From Asterias rubens (taxonomy: Eukaryota), in assembly GCF_902459465.1 (NCBI RefSeq), contig NC_047066.1, positions 14,384,001-14,448,000 on the forward strand: a stretch of DNA of 64,000 nucleotides, written 5' to 3'. The notes beneath the pieces were generated by a model. That model made no database searches, was not told where the DNA came from, and saw only the letters and a program-made list of their open reading frames with translations. Numbering within the stretch: the first letter of the stretch is position 1; every line of letters starts with the position of its first letter. Shown here one piece after another: positions 23,025 through 36,059 of the stretch. The position numbers and the translations under genes are program-made.

Positions 23025-26000
23025 ACACACCAAAGCAACTGAACCATTAATATCATAGCATGCCAATTATGCTAGTTCATGTTGTAGCTTTGGTGTTACC
23101 AGAAGTGAACACTTTAGATTTATCAGAGAATCTGGACAATTAATTTTCTAATCCTGAATACAACCTTGAAGAGCATCCACAATCTCAAATGTCCAGCCAA
23201 AGGCAAAGGAGGCAATATGGCATTATGTACATTACGTTGTTTCAAAACAAAAAGGTTGTAAATCTCCTAATTTACTGTTAACGTTAACCGCTTGCGAAAA
23301 TGTTTTTACAAAATCAATGGAGGTTGAAGGAACACGTTGCCTTGGATCGGACGAGTTGGTCTATAAAAAGCGATTGTATCCGTTTGTTATAGAAATGCAT
23401 GTGGTTGGAAAGATGTTTTAAAAGTAGAATGCAATGATCCACATAAATTTGCCTAGAAATTGCATGGTTTTGCTTTTACTTTGCGAACTAACACGGTCAG
23501 CTATTTATGGGAGTCAACAAAATTTTGACTCCCATTAATGGCTGATGGTGTTAGTCGACGAAGTTTGTGTGGATCATTGTATTCTACTTTTACAACATCT
23601 TTCTACCCATGCATTTCATAACAAACCGTTACAAACGCTTTTCAAAGACCAACTCAACCGCTCAAAGGCAGCGTGTAAGATATTATGTTGTTCCACTTTT
23701 ATGCCAGACAGAAATTTGTTGAGGAATCACGTTGAGATACAAGATGAACTGTAGAAATAAAATCAATAACCAAAAATGACCTTGTTGCACCATGGTCGCA
23801 CGGACACAAACAATTTCATCAGTGGACCATACTTCAAATACATGTAGCAAGAGTTATTGCTTCTAATTCATTTATTCACACTTTGCAGATATGTACTTTT
23901 ATATTACATCTCTTGCTTGTTCTGTTTTCTGGTTGGCTGAAACACGCTCACGTGCATGAGATTTACTCCACCAGGAACTAGACCCGCATTGAGACATCGT
24001 GTGCGTACGTTTTGCAGGAAATAGTTCCATGAGTGGGCAATAGACTTATAATTTTTTACTGGTTACAGCGCCTTCACTTGACATGAACCATGGACTAGCA
24101 TCTAAAAAACTGAATGCGGGGAAATGCATTCCTTTTATTGCGGAATGGCCTTTGATTTAATTGCCCATGTGTTAATCAGGAGTTAAAACAGTTTCGTAAG
24201 CCCTTGACAAGTTTTAGACCTAAGGTGTTATAAAACACATATGAACTGGCATAAATCGGTAAATAGTGCAAATCCATCTCACCTTGGATGATTGACCAGA
24301 AGAGGAACCGTCTCAGGAACAAAGTCCCTCGTCTGGTCAGAGTCCCTTGGAGGAACAGGCAGTTTGCACTACATGTATTTACCTCATTGCCAGACATGTA
24401 TAATAACACAATAAATGGCTTCTAATGCCCACACTTTATCTTAACAACACTGTATAATGTAAATCAACATGCATTAAATGGCACTGATGTTCAATAAGGT
24501 CACATTTATTCAAATTAATATAGGTTTTCTTTTTAAGATTATGTCAAATGTAATGTTGCGTCATTCGATTTAGCAAAATAATAAGTCAATTTATCAATTC
24601 ATTAAAGTAGCATTCAAATTTGCAGACGCTTCTTGAGGCGTGTGTGTCATGCAAAAGAATGACGATACGCTAAATTGAACAGAGTGCTAAAGGAATTTGA
24701 CTCGACTCAAAACGAAATTGAACGGCCAACTTCTGAATTTGAAACGCAGTAACAACCGGAGAGGCAAAATAGCTTTAATTCAAACGCATGAAAATGAAAT
24801 TGATTCCTCATTTGCCGAATTTGACCAAGAAAACCTATAGTAATTTCTTTTTTTCTACACTGTATGCCTGTTAATGGAAATCAGAAAATGTACTCGCTCA
24901 TTGTTTAAATAAACTGATGATTATTGTTATTTTATTTTACTACTATAGTTTTTATATTTTCCATTTTGCTTGTAAAATAAATTAAGACTGAACACACTTC
25001 ACCTCTATCATCTGCACTCACAGGCCTGTTTGTTTGGTTTTTGAAAGGACAAGGGCACCAAGGCATTTTCTTCGTGGTAAAGGGAACCCATCTCATCATT
25101 AGCCAGGAGAAATTTGAGGTTATGCACAGTGTGTACTTTGTATAAACAAAGCCTGGCTCTTACTTCCTGTGAATGCAAATGAGAAGCGAATTTTGACGAC
25201 ACAGGCTGTTTTCCCAGCGAATGTTTCGCAGGAGTTGAGCACAAATCAACTGACTCAAATTATCCGTTGCGAATTCGTGACGTCAAAAATTGTATCGCAT
25301 TCGCAGGAAGAATACTGTGAAACGGTATGGAATAGTGCAAGCTGCGTACAGGTGCAGAAAGTTGTGCAGGTGGAAATGTAACGCATCACGGTCACGTGTG
25401 ATAAGCGTGTCCATCCGTACCCCAATTAACACACCTGATGGAGGGCAAGGGGGGGGGGGGTCGCTTTGAGGCAATCTGCCACGTCTTAGGGCCTTGTCGT
25501 ATGAGGCAACTTTAACAGGCAACTTGGAGGCAGCCAACAAAGGAGGGTGCACCAACTTAATAAACTCCCAAAGCGACCAATGCTAAAAGCAACCAATATT
25601 CAAAAATATTCACAAAATATATATAGTCTCTCAGACTCTTGAAAACATACATTTCCAGACAACTAAGCTTTGTGATTTTTGATGGAAATGATGCTGAGTT
25701 CCCTTGATGGGAAGATTATCTAAGCAAACAAAACAACAAACAAACAAACAAACAAGTTAACAAGCCTACAAACAACAAACCCTTTTTATTTTACTATCAC
25801 TATATCAGCAATATTCTAGACCACAAAACTGTATAATTACTACTGGACATAAAGTGTACAATAAGTGCATAAATTCCTTGATTCTTTATTCTTGATGGCA
25901 CCATGCAGCATGAGATCATTTGTATGTCACAATAAATGTTAAAATCGTTTTTTTTTTTTGCAATATCTGACAACAGACGGCTTAAGAAAGATTTTGTTTG

Positions 26001-27481
26001 GTTTATAGTAATGTAACAACGCACAATGAGTTGTCAGTGGTCACTGATCCATTTAAACACTAAAGGAAACCCAACACAAACACACATTGTACTTTGTACA
26101 CTCACTTGTAAAACAGTTGTCATGGTTATGGGCTACTATAAATACAGGCCTGGAATGTCATCTTTGAGAGGGCAAGGCAGTTTTCATTTTGCAAAAGGCA
26201 TTCCATTGAAAAGTTTACGGGTGAACCTACATGTATTGAAGAGGCACCAAGGCCAACAACAGAGGCAATACATATATGTATATAGATGCTACATTATGTA
26301 TGGCCTCTGCAGCCTCCCTGGTGTATTTCAGGTCTGTGTATGTGTACACAATAGGTGTAATTGTACTGTATACAAGTCTGTATACATGTAGAAAGTGACA
26401 CTTGAAGGTGACATCATGGATAGTTTGCATTAGATTGTTGGCCAGGCATACCTGCATGCATGCATGGAAAGTAGAGTTTAACTATACATGAAGTTACATA
26501 ATACTCACAGAACCCCTTTCACACTAAAATGAAAATCCCACAATATATTCCCTACACTGTAAATACATGTAGCAGATTTATTTGACTTCAAGGGAACATG
26601 TACCCTACATGTACTTCTTAAACTACAGTTTTCACATGGTATAAATATATTTTAAAGGTTTTATTGACGCAAGGCGGTGTAATGTATGTAAGAGCCTAAT
26701 TGTGACACCCTGTTCCCAGAATGGTCAGTCCAATTCTCACCCCCCCCCCCCCCCCCCCCCGCACACACAATGAATTAATTAGGGAATAACAGTGCGAGGA
26801 CCCGGTCTTCACTGCTTGGTAATGAACGACCTGGTGGCTGGGCCGCTGTTAACGGACCATTGATAAATACTTCTTTAAAGAAATAAACGGCTACAATTTT
26901 CAAAATTTTGTGACTCTTCTCGTGTAGAAACTTCCAGACATGTTGAGGGGGCATATTTTAGCTTTTGATGGCTCCCGCCTCTTTCATGTGCTAATCACAT
27001 TACTGAGAATTTGAGACAGGTGACTTTGTATAAGAATGGTTTGTTAAACGCCCTCAGTGGGGTCAAAGGAGGCAGACGATTGGACGATAGCTGTTCTTTG
27101 CGCGTTAAAAACATGCGCAGCAGTGTAGCGTCCCTGTCGTAGCAAGTTGCGTAAATGCAAGGGGTAATACATTTCAGATACGTACGCACATGTGCCAATA
27201 AAATAAGATGAATAACCTAACCCTGTGATTTGCCAAAAGCACAGACACTAGTTGTACACAATGTATGCTGGTGTAGTGGCCATTTATTCAAAATTTCCAG
27301 AGCCATTCATTTATCAATGCGTAAATTATGCACTAAATGTGTAAGAATACTGTATCTTGTGCAACAGTCACCTGAAGTCATTTTGATAGTGATAAATACA
27401 ACATCAGATAATATGAGTAGATTTAATACTAACAATGAACTGACCCTTTTGTATTAACAGGGAAAGATCGTAAAATCAAAG

Positions 27482-29440
27482 ATGGCTGCCAGTATCACAG
27501 TCACTTCAGTGCTTGATAAGATCAGTAAGGATCATCTAGAATGTCCAATATGCACCAATCGCTTCATCAATCCAACAATGCTAGACTGTCTACACGGCTT
27601 CTGCTTCACATGCCTCAAGGAGCTTCACCAACAAGATCCTAACAACTCCATCCTACTGTGTCCTCTGTGCAGAAAGAAAACAACACTAGAAGACAACAAG
27701 GTTGAAAGTCTACCTAAGGACTTTAAACTCAATGCCCTGGTGGATGAGTTTACTGTTCAGGAGCAACTCATGGAGGGTCATGGGTCAGAGGTCAAATGTC
27801 AAGCCTGTGAAAGAGATCATATGGCTGTTTCCAGATGTATTGACTGTGACAATTTTATTTGTCAAGAATGTCAACAGGCACATCAGCATTTTGCTATTTT
27901 GAAATCACATCAAATCTATGCACTTGCTCAACTGCAATCAGGTGTAGTAACCTATCGCAGTAAGATCAGGGAGTACATTCCAAAGTGTGGCAAGCACAGT
28001 GATCAGACTCTGAACATCTACTGCAACACATGCCAGAAGTTAGAATGCACAACATGTACTGTTCTTGATCATGGAAATCCAAAGCATGACCTTATTGGCA
28101 TACCTGAGGCTTTAGACCAATGCAAACAGGAAGTCGCAGAGCTGGTTGCAAAAGCTGAGAAGTGCAAGGTGGATATTCAAACTGCCATGGAACAAGCCAG
28201 TGAGTCTCGCAAGAAACTGGAATCTTCATATGCTGAAACCAATATGAAAATCTCCCAGAAGGCTGCCAAGGAGAGAGCAAAGATCACAGAAGAGGAAAAG
28301 CAGCTGAAGCAAGAGGCAGAGAGTGTTTACAAAGACAGAGTCCAGACATTTGAAACTGCAGAGGCAACCAATACAAAAGAAGTGACCCAGGTAGAGCACA
28401 AGCTGGGTGAAGTGAATCAGTTCATGACCCAAGCAAGCTCTCATGAGATTATGGATTTCAAGCTGAAACTTACAAACAATCTCGATGAACTAACTAAGAA
28501 ACAAGGTGAGATTGTGTCTGACAGGTTTTCCTTTCTTGAGTTTGAAGAAGGTGAAAGGTCAGTGGGAAGACTGGTGCTGGAAGATGAGCAACAAGCTAAA
28601 GCAGAGGCTCAGGCCAAGGAACATGAAACAATCCATACAAAACAGGAGTGGAAACTGAAGGAAAGTGTTAGTAAAATTGGGAACACAATATTTAAGTGGG
28701 CGAAATCGGTTGCAGCTTTCTCCGACAATGAAATAGTAGTACTAGATACAACACACAATGCATTGTTTTCATTAAAACCTCAATTAGCAGCAGACAAATC
28801 ACAATCTACTCACTGCCTACAAAGATTAAAAGTCACAGGACTTACTAAACCAACAGCACTCACTGTGGACAATAATGATCACCTGTATGTGGTTGACAAT
28901 AGAGAAGTCAAGGTTTTTAACAGGAAATATATGCTCCATCATCAGTTCCAGCTAAGTGGGAGAAAGCTCTCCCCATCATGCCTTGCAGTGGATGAAAACA
29001 ATCTCATAGCAGTGGGTTATTCACAAGGGCTAATCTCACTCTACAACCCTGATGGATCACTCATCAGAACATTCTCTACTCCAGTAAAGGTAGACTATTT
29101 GACTTTATACAATGAGAGGATTATCTTCAACAGTAGTACAGATGATCCAGATTTACACTTAGTTGATTATCAGGGTGGAAAGGTGTTCTCAGTAGATATT
29201 GATCAGTCTGAAGGATCCTTTGGTTTGTGCTGTGGTAAAGATGGAAGTATCTTTGTTGCTCAATATAATGGGACAACACAAAACAATAGAATATGTCAGT
29301 ACAGTCCTGATGGCAAGTACATTGGATGTGTCATTGAGGATTGTGGTAATGCCTATGACATCACATTCACACCATCTGGCAACCTTGTAGTAGCAGCATA
29401 CACATCAGTAAAAATCTACCAAGTTGTTTCCCCAGTATAG
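27482..29440 (+). CDS. TRIM-NHL-like protein, copy 5 (652 aa)
   Basis: Intact ORF. Copy-1-like propeller start and copy-2/3-like C-terminus. Confidence 0.9.
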   Translation: MAASITVTSVLDKISKDHLECPICTNRFINPTMLDCLHGFCFTCLKELHQQDPNNSILLCPLCRKKTTLEDNKVESLPKDFKLNALVDEFTVQEQLMEGHGSEVKCQACERDHMAVSRCIDCDNFICQECQQAHQHFAILKSHQIYALAQLQSGVVTYRSKIREYIPKCGKHSDQTLNIYCNTCQKLECTTCTVLDHGNPKHDLIGIPEALDQCKQEVAELVAKAEKCKVDIQTAMEQASESRKKLESSYAETNMKISQKAAKERAKITEEEKQLKQEAESVYKDRVQTFETAEATNTKEVTQVEHKLGEVNQFMTQASSHEIMDFKLKLTNNLDELTKKQGEIVSDRFSFLEFEEGERSVGRLVLEDEQQAKAEAQAKEHETIHTKQEWKLKESVSKIGNTIFKWAKSVAAFSDNEIVVLDTTHNALFSLKPQLAADKSQSTHCLQRLKVTGLTKPTALTVDNNDHLYVVDNREVKVFNRKYMLHHQFQLSGRKLSPSCLAVDENNLIAVGYSQGLISLYNPDGSLIRTFSTPVKVDYLTLYNERIIFNSSTDDPDLHLVDYQGGKVFSVDIDQSEGSFGLCCGKDGSIFVAQYNGTTQNNRICQYSPDGKYIGCVIEDCGNAYDITFTPSGNLVVAAYTSVKIYQVVSPV

Positions 29441-29490
29441 TAAGACTTCACCTTGTAACATGCTAAAGTGAACGAACCAAAACAACTAAA

Positions 29491-30457
29491 AGCCCTTTTC
29501 ACACGACAAAGTCAAACTAGGGTCCTTGGTCCCCGGTGCCAGTTGTCTTGACCAAGGACGTTAGTCAAACTCAAACAGGACCTTTCACACGGCGCAGAAA
29601 CCAACGTCCCGTGTCTCGGAACATTCGTCTTTTGTGGTGCTAAAGGTCAACATTGTTCATCGCCATTTCACTGATATCCGCATCGCCAACGTATGTACCA
29701 ATCATTTTTCTGCACTGTCGTGAATCGGCGGCCCCTAACAAAGATTTTTGTTTTGGACGAAGAATGAACGTGTAGTTGAGTTGCTCGAACCATTCACTCA
29801 TGCTCCGACCACCAATTCCAAACAGAAAATGTAACAATCGATTATAAACTGGGGAGTGCAGATTCTTACCGATGAATGTTGTCATAAATCTGGCACGCAT
29901 TTTGTTGCACACTGAAGTTTTTTTATATAAATATGTCGTTCTATGCTCGATCATGAAACTTATCGAACGAATGCTACGTAGGCCTACTCCTAGAACTATG
30001 CTGGAATTTCAGGGAAAATCAAATTGATTTTCGAGAGTGAACTTTTTGAAACATGTCTCAACGATCTCATGCTAAACATTGAAAACTTGCTCTCTTGAAG
30101 GAGTCATGCACACGTTCTCATAAACATGCTCAAAGGTTTAACGTTATCGTACAACAGGGTCGAACATCTTGATTTTCTTGCACTATGTGTTTCTTCTTGC
30201 GCGCATGCGTAGTAGCTCCAGCCACACCAGGGTCCTTCGTTACGCAAGCAATGTTCATTCACACAGCACACACGGGCGATCGTGGTATAATTTTCACAAC
30301 GTTGTGTTTTCAAGACGGAGGTCTGGACCTTGGTCTTAAAAAGACCACGGACCCGTGCCTATTTAAGCAGAGGTACCTTTCACACGATGTGGATTAAACA
30401 ACGTTGTGTTCTTAAGACCAAGGACCCCCTGCTTATTTTCCTCGTGTGAAAAGGCCT
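29491..30457. mobile_element. 967-bp non-autonomous DNA transposon (PIF/Harbinger-like) 51 bp after the stop of copy 5
   Basis: TIR agcccttttcacacga / tcgtgtgaaaaggcct; TAA(A) duplication. The empty site caactaaaacaataat is present in copies 2, 3, 6 and 7. Confidence 0.85.
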
Positions 30458-33400
30458 TAAAACAATAATATCATAGCAAGCACATTACCCTAGTTCATGT
30501 ACATTGTACCTTTGGTTTTGCTGGAAGTAACGGTTTGAATACCTTGTGTTTGATTTATTAAAGAATCTGGACAATTAATTTCCTAATCCTGAATACAACC
30601 TTGAAGAGCATCCACAATCTCAGATGTCTGAAGCCAAAGGCAAAGAAGGCAATATGGCTCTATGTACATAAACGTTGTTTCAGAACAAAAATGGTGTAAA
30701 TCTCCTAAATTACTGTTTACGTGAAATGCTTGCGAAGATATTTTTTAAACATCAACGGAGGTTGAAGGAACACGTTGCCTTGGATTGGACGAGTTGGTCT
30801 ATAAAAAGCATTTGTAACTGTTTGTTATAAAATGCATTTGGTTGGAAAGATGTTTTACAGGTAGAATACATACAAATTTGCCTCGAAATTGCGTGGTTTT
30901 CCTTTTACTTTGCGAACTAACACGGTCGGCCATTTATGGGAGTCAATATTTGACTCCCATTGGCCGACCGTGTTAGTCATCGAGGTAAAAGGAAAACTGG
31001 CAATTTCGTGGCATGTTTGTGTGGATCATTGTATTCTACTTTTACAACATCTTATGCTTTTTATAACAAACGGTTACAAACGCTTTTCAAAGACCAACTC
31101 GACCGCTCAAAGGCAGCGTGTTCCTATAAGATATTATGTTGTTCCACTGTGACTTTTATGCCAGATACAAATTTGTTGAGGAATCACGATTAGATACAAG
31201 ACGAACTGTACAAACATACTCAATAACCAAAAATAACCTTGTTGCACCATGGTCGCATGGACACAACAATTTCATCAGTGAAGCAGATTATGATGTACTT
31301 TTATATTACACCTCTTGCTTGTTCTGTTTTCTGGTTGGCTGAAACACGGTCACATGCATGAGATTTACGCCACCAGGAACTAGACCTGCATTGAGACACT
31401 GTGTGTGTACGCTTTGCAGGAAATAGTTCCATGTGTGGGCAATACACTTATAATTTTTGACTGGTTACAGCGCCCTCTCTTGGCATGAATGATAGACTAG
31501 CAACTAAAAAGTTTCTTTCTTATTTCACATTTTTGACCCAAGGTGTTATAAAACAAATTATGGACTGGCACATTATGGACTGGCACATTATGGACTGGCC
31601 TTATTCAGTAAATAGTGTACGTCTATTCCTGTGAGTGACCAGAGGAGGGACCTATTTCCCTCAGCCTTCAGCCTTAGGAAATAGGTCCCTCTCCTGGTCA
31701 CTCAAAGTCCCTTGGAGGAATAGACATGCAATATTTACCTCATTGCCAGTCAACAAGTGTTCAATAACATGTGAATGGCTTATAATGTACAATATAGTTC
31801 AACATGCACTAAAAGGCATGGTTGGTCAATAAGGTCACTTTCATATTAATAGTTATTTTTTATTTTTAATGCCTGTAAATGGGAATCAGAATGTACTAAA
31901 ACTACTGTTTACATAAACTGATGATTATTGTAAATTTTCTTTTACTACTATTATTATATTAAAACATTCTATTTTGCTTGTACAATAAATTGTGACTAAA
32001 ACACAATTCATCTCTATAATCTGCTCTAACAGACCTGTTCACTTCGTTTTTGAAAAGGGCAAGGGCACCAAGGCATTTCTCCTTGGTAAGGGCACCATCA
32101 GCCAGGAGAAATTTTAGGTCATGCACAGTGTGGGATGTACTTTGTGTATGAAAAGCCCGGCTTGTATATTGTACTTCCTGCGAATGTGAAGCGAATTTTG
32201 ACGTCGCAAGCTGTTTTCATGTTTTCATATTATTATGTTTCGCGTTGAGCAGGCGTTGTGGAGGCAACTGACACAAAATTACTCGTTGTGAATTTGTGAC
32301 GTCAAAATTTGTATCGCATTCACAGGAATGTACATGTATGAACCGGGCTTTATACACAGAATACTGTGAAACGGTTAGGGATAGTGCAAGCTGCGCACAG
32401 GTGTGCAGAAATTGTGCAGGTGAAAATGTCAAGCATCACGGTGATGTGTGATGAGCGTGTCCATCCGCGACCCAATTAACACACCAGAGGGTGGGCAAGG
32501 GGGAGGGGGGGCACTTTGAGGCAATCTGACACGTCTTACGACCTTGTCGCACAAGGCAACTTTTACAGGCATCTATAGATGGAGACCAAGGACAAAACAG
32601 ACACAAGAAAGTAAAAGGTCTTTACAGGGGAATTCTAAAGACTGGGCCCGTGCTCTACACAAGGACATTTTTGTGTAAAATGTATGGGAAACTTGTGCAG
32701 GGACAAAGGAAAGAAAAAAAGCACGCTCTTGAAAACATACATTTCAAGACGATTAAGCTTTCAGAGTTTTGGTGGGAATAGAATATGCTGAGTTCCCTTG
32801 ATGGGAAAATTATCTATAGCATACTAAACAACAAATAAACAAGTAAACAAGCCTAAAAACAACAAACCCTTTTTATTTTACTATCACTACATCAGCAATA
32901 TTCTAGACCACAAAACTGTCTAATTACTTACAGACAAAAAGTGTTGGACATAAAGTGAACAATAAGTGCATAAATTCCTTGATTTTATATTCTTGATGGC
33001 ACCATGCAGCATGAGATCATTTGTATGTCACAATAAATGTTTATGGATCGTCAAAAAAAAAATATCTGACAACAGAAAGATTTTGTTTGGTTTAGAGTAA
33101 TGTAACAACGCACAATGAGTTGTCAGTGGTCACTGATCCATTAAAACACTAATGGAAACCCAACACAAACACACATTGTACTTTGTACACTCTCTTGTAA
33201 AACAGTTGTCATGGTTATGGTTTACTATAAATACAGGCCTGGAATGTCATCTTTGAGAGGGCAAGGCCCTTTTCATTTTGTAAAAGTCACTTCCATTCCA
33301 TTCCACAGGAACCTTTTATTTGAAAGGGGCACCAAGGCTAAGACTAGAGAGCAGTAGATGCTATGGCCTCCACAGCCCTTCCAGGTCTGTGTACACGATA

Positions 33401-34049
33401 GGCGTAATTGTATTGTACATGTATACTACACTTGACGGTGACATCATTGGATCTATAAATAGAAAGGGGAATTTTCTTTCAGGGAGTGATGAGCAATAAT
33501 GCCAACTACAGTGTACATGGTACTATGGACTAGTGCATCACACAGACCCAGCACTAACAGTATACAGTAAGCCAAGACAGAAGTCACAGCTTTTGGGTGA
33601 AAACTGATGAAGAAAGACCTCCAACAACACCAAGAAATTGTTTGAAACCATACACAATCGTAAGTACTTGTTAGTCCATGAACTGTAGGGACAATTATTT
33701 AGACTGAGGTCAAATAGTTTGCATGTGATTGTTGGCAAAGGTTCTTTTTCTTGTTTTAACCCAGGGATGCTAAAGCACTCAATATTCAAACTATAATAAC
33801 TGCCTGGCAAGCCGTTTCACAATTAAATGTGTAACTATTGAGAAGATCATAGAGTAAGGACAGAGGTGAGAAGATGAACAATGCAAAATTACGTACAAAA
33901 TGTGTAAGAACATGGTTCCAGCAACTTGTCTTTTGCACAAGTACAATCACCTGAAATCATAACACATTAAAAGATACAATATGAGTAGATTACTAACAGT
34001 ATAGTTAATTGATATTTTTGCACCAACAGGGAAAGATCGTAACAAGCTC

Positions 34050-36059
34050 ATGTCAAAAATGGCTGCCAGTATCACAGTCACTTCAGTGCTTGATAAGATC
34101 AGTAAGGATCATCTAGAATGTCCAATATGCACCAATCGCTTCATCAATCCAACAATGCTAAACTGTCTACACAGCTTCTGCTTCACATGCCTCAAGGAGC
34201 TTCACCAACAAGATCCTAACAACTCCATCCTACTGTGTCCTCTGTGCAGAAAGAAAACAACACTAGAAGACAACAAGGTTGATAGTCTACCTAAGGACTT
34301 TAAACTCAATGCCCTGGTGGATGAGTTTACTGTTCAGGAGCAACTCATGGAGGGTCATGGGTCAGAGGTCAAATGTCAAGCCTGTGAACATGGTGAACGA
34401 GATCATACCGCTGTTTCTAGATGTATTGACTGTGAACATTTTCTTTGTCAAGATTGTCAACAAGCACATCAGCAATTGGCTATTTTGAAATCACATAAAA
34501 TCTACACATTTGCTCAACTGCAATCAGGTGTAGTAACCTACCGCAGTAAAATCAGGGAGTACATTCCAAAGTGTGGCAAGCACAGTGATCAGACTCTGAA
34601 CATCTACTGCAACACATGCCAGAAGTTAGAATGCACAACATGTAGGCCTACTGTTCTTGATCATGGAAATCCAAAACATGACCTTATTGGCATACCTGAG
34701 GCTTTAGACAAATGCAAACAGGAAGTCGCAGAGCTGGTTGCAAAAGCTGAGAAGTGCAAGGTGGATATTCAAACTGCCATGGAACAAGCCAGTGAGTCTC
34801 GCAAGAAACTGGAATCTTCATATGCTGAAACCAATAAGAAAATCTCCAAGAAGGCTGCCAAGGAGAGAGCAAAGATCACCAAAGAGGAAAAGCAGCTGAT
34901 GCAAGAGGCAGAGAGTGTTTACAAAGACAGAGTCCAGACATTTGAAACTGCAGAGGCAACCAACACAAAAGAAGTGACCCAGGTAGAGCACAAGCTGGAT
35001 GAAGTTAATCAGTTCATGACCCAAGCAAGCTCTCATGAGATTCTGGATTTCAAGCTGAAACTTATAAACAATCTTGATGAACTTACTAAGAAACAAGGTG
35101 AGATTGTGTCTGACAGGCTTTCCTTTCTTGAGTTTGAAGAAGGTGAAAGGTCAGTGGGAAGACTGGTGCTGGAAGATGATCAACAAGCTAAAGCAGAGGC
35201 TCAGGCCAAGGAACATGAAACAATCCATACAAAACAAGAGTGGAATCTGAAGGAAAGTTACAGTCAATTTGGCTTCACAAAGTTGAAAAATGCAAGGTCT
35301 GTTACAGCTTTCTCAGATAATGAATTAGTAGTATTAGATACAACACACAAAGCACTGTTTGCATTAAAACCCCAAGTAGCAGCAAACAAATCACAATCTA
35401 CTCACTGCTCACAAAGATTAAATGTCAAAGGTCTTACTAAACCAACAGCACTCACTGTGGACAATAATGATCACCTGTATGTGATTGATGATCTAGAAGT
35501 CAAGGTTTTTAACAGGAAATATATGCCCCTCTATCAGTTCCAAGTAAGTGTAAGAAACTTCTCCCCATCATGCCTTGCAGTGGATGAAAACAATCTCATA
35601 GCAGTGGGTTATTCACAATGGCGGCAGATCTCACTCTACAACCCTTATGGATCACGAATCAGAACATTCTGTACTCCAGCAAATGTAGACTATTTGACTT
35701 CATACAAGGAGAGGATTATCTACAGCAGTCGAATTGATAAACAGTTACACTCAGTTGATTATAAGGGTGGAAAGGTGTTCTCAGTAGATACTGATCAGTC
35801 TGAAATATCCTTTGGTGTGTGCTGTGATAAAGATGGTAGTATCTTTGTTGCTCAATTCCATAGAGGAGCCAGGAGAATATGTCAGTACAGTCCTGATGGC
35901 AAGTACATTGGATGTGTCATTGAGGCTTGTGGTTATGCCTATGACATCACATTCACACCATCTGGCAATATTGTAGTAGCAGCAGACCAATCAGTAAACA
36001 TCTTCAAAGTTGTTTCCCGGTACAACAGTAAGACCTCACCTTGTAACATGCTAAAGTGA
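34050..36059 (+). CDS. TRIM-NHL-like protein, copy 6 (669 aa; start could be 34059)
   Basis: Most divergent copy. In-frame insertions in both B-boxes; propeller loops GYSQWRQ and QFHRGARR. Confidence 0.93.
   Translation: MSKMAASITVTSVLDKISKDHLECPICTNRFINPTMLNCLHSFCFTCLKELHQQDPNNSILLCPLCRKKTTLEDNKVDSLPKDFKLNALVDEFTVQEQLMEGHGSEVKCQACEHGERDHTAVSRCIDCEHFLCQDCQQAHQQLAILKSHKIYTFAQLQSGVVTYRSKIREYIPKCGKHSDQTLNIYCNTCQKLECTTCRPTVLDHGNPKHDLIGIPEALDKCKQEVAELVAKAEKCKVDIQTAMEQASESRKKLESSYAETNKKISKKAAKERAKITKEEKQLMQEAESVYKDRVQTFETAEATNTKEVTQVEHKLDEVNQFMTQASSHEILDFKLKLINNLDELTKKQGEIVSDRLSFLEFEEGERSVGRLVLEDDQQAKAEAQAKEHETIHTKQEWNLKESYSQFGFTKLKNARSVTAFSDNELVVLDTTHKALFALKPQVAANKSQSTHCSQRLNVKGLTKPTALTVDNNDHLYVIDDLEVKVFNRKYMPLYQFQVSVRNFSPSCLAVDENNLIAVGYSQWRQISLYNPYGSRIRTFCTPANVDYLTSYKERIIYSSRIDKQLHSVDYKGGKVFSVDTDQSEISFGVCCDKDGSIFVAQFHRGARRICQYSPDGKYIGCVIEACGYAYDITFTPSGNIVVAADQSVNIFKVVSRYNSKTSPCNMLK

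Noticed and set aside
33538-33810. Minus-strand ORF over the TRIM upstream exon
   Set aside because: Not kept open in sister units; conservation is explained by the plus-strand exon and donor.
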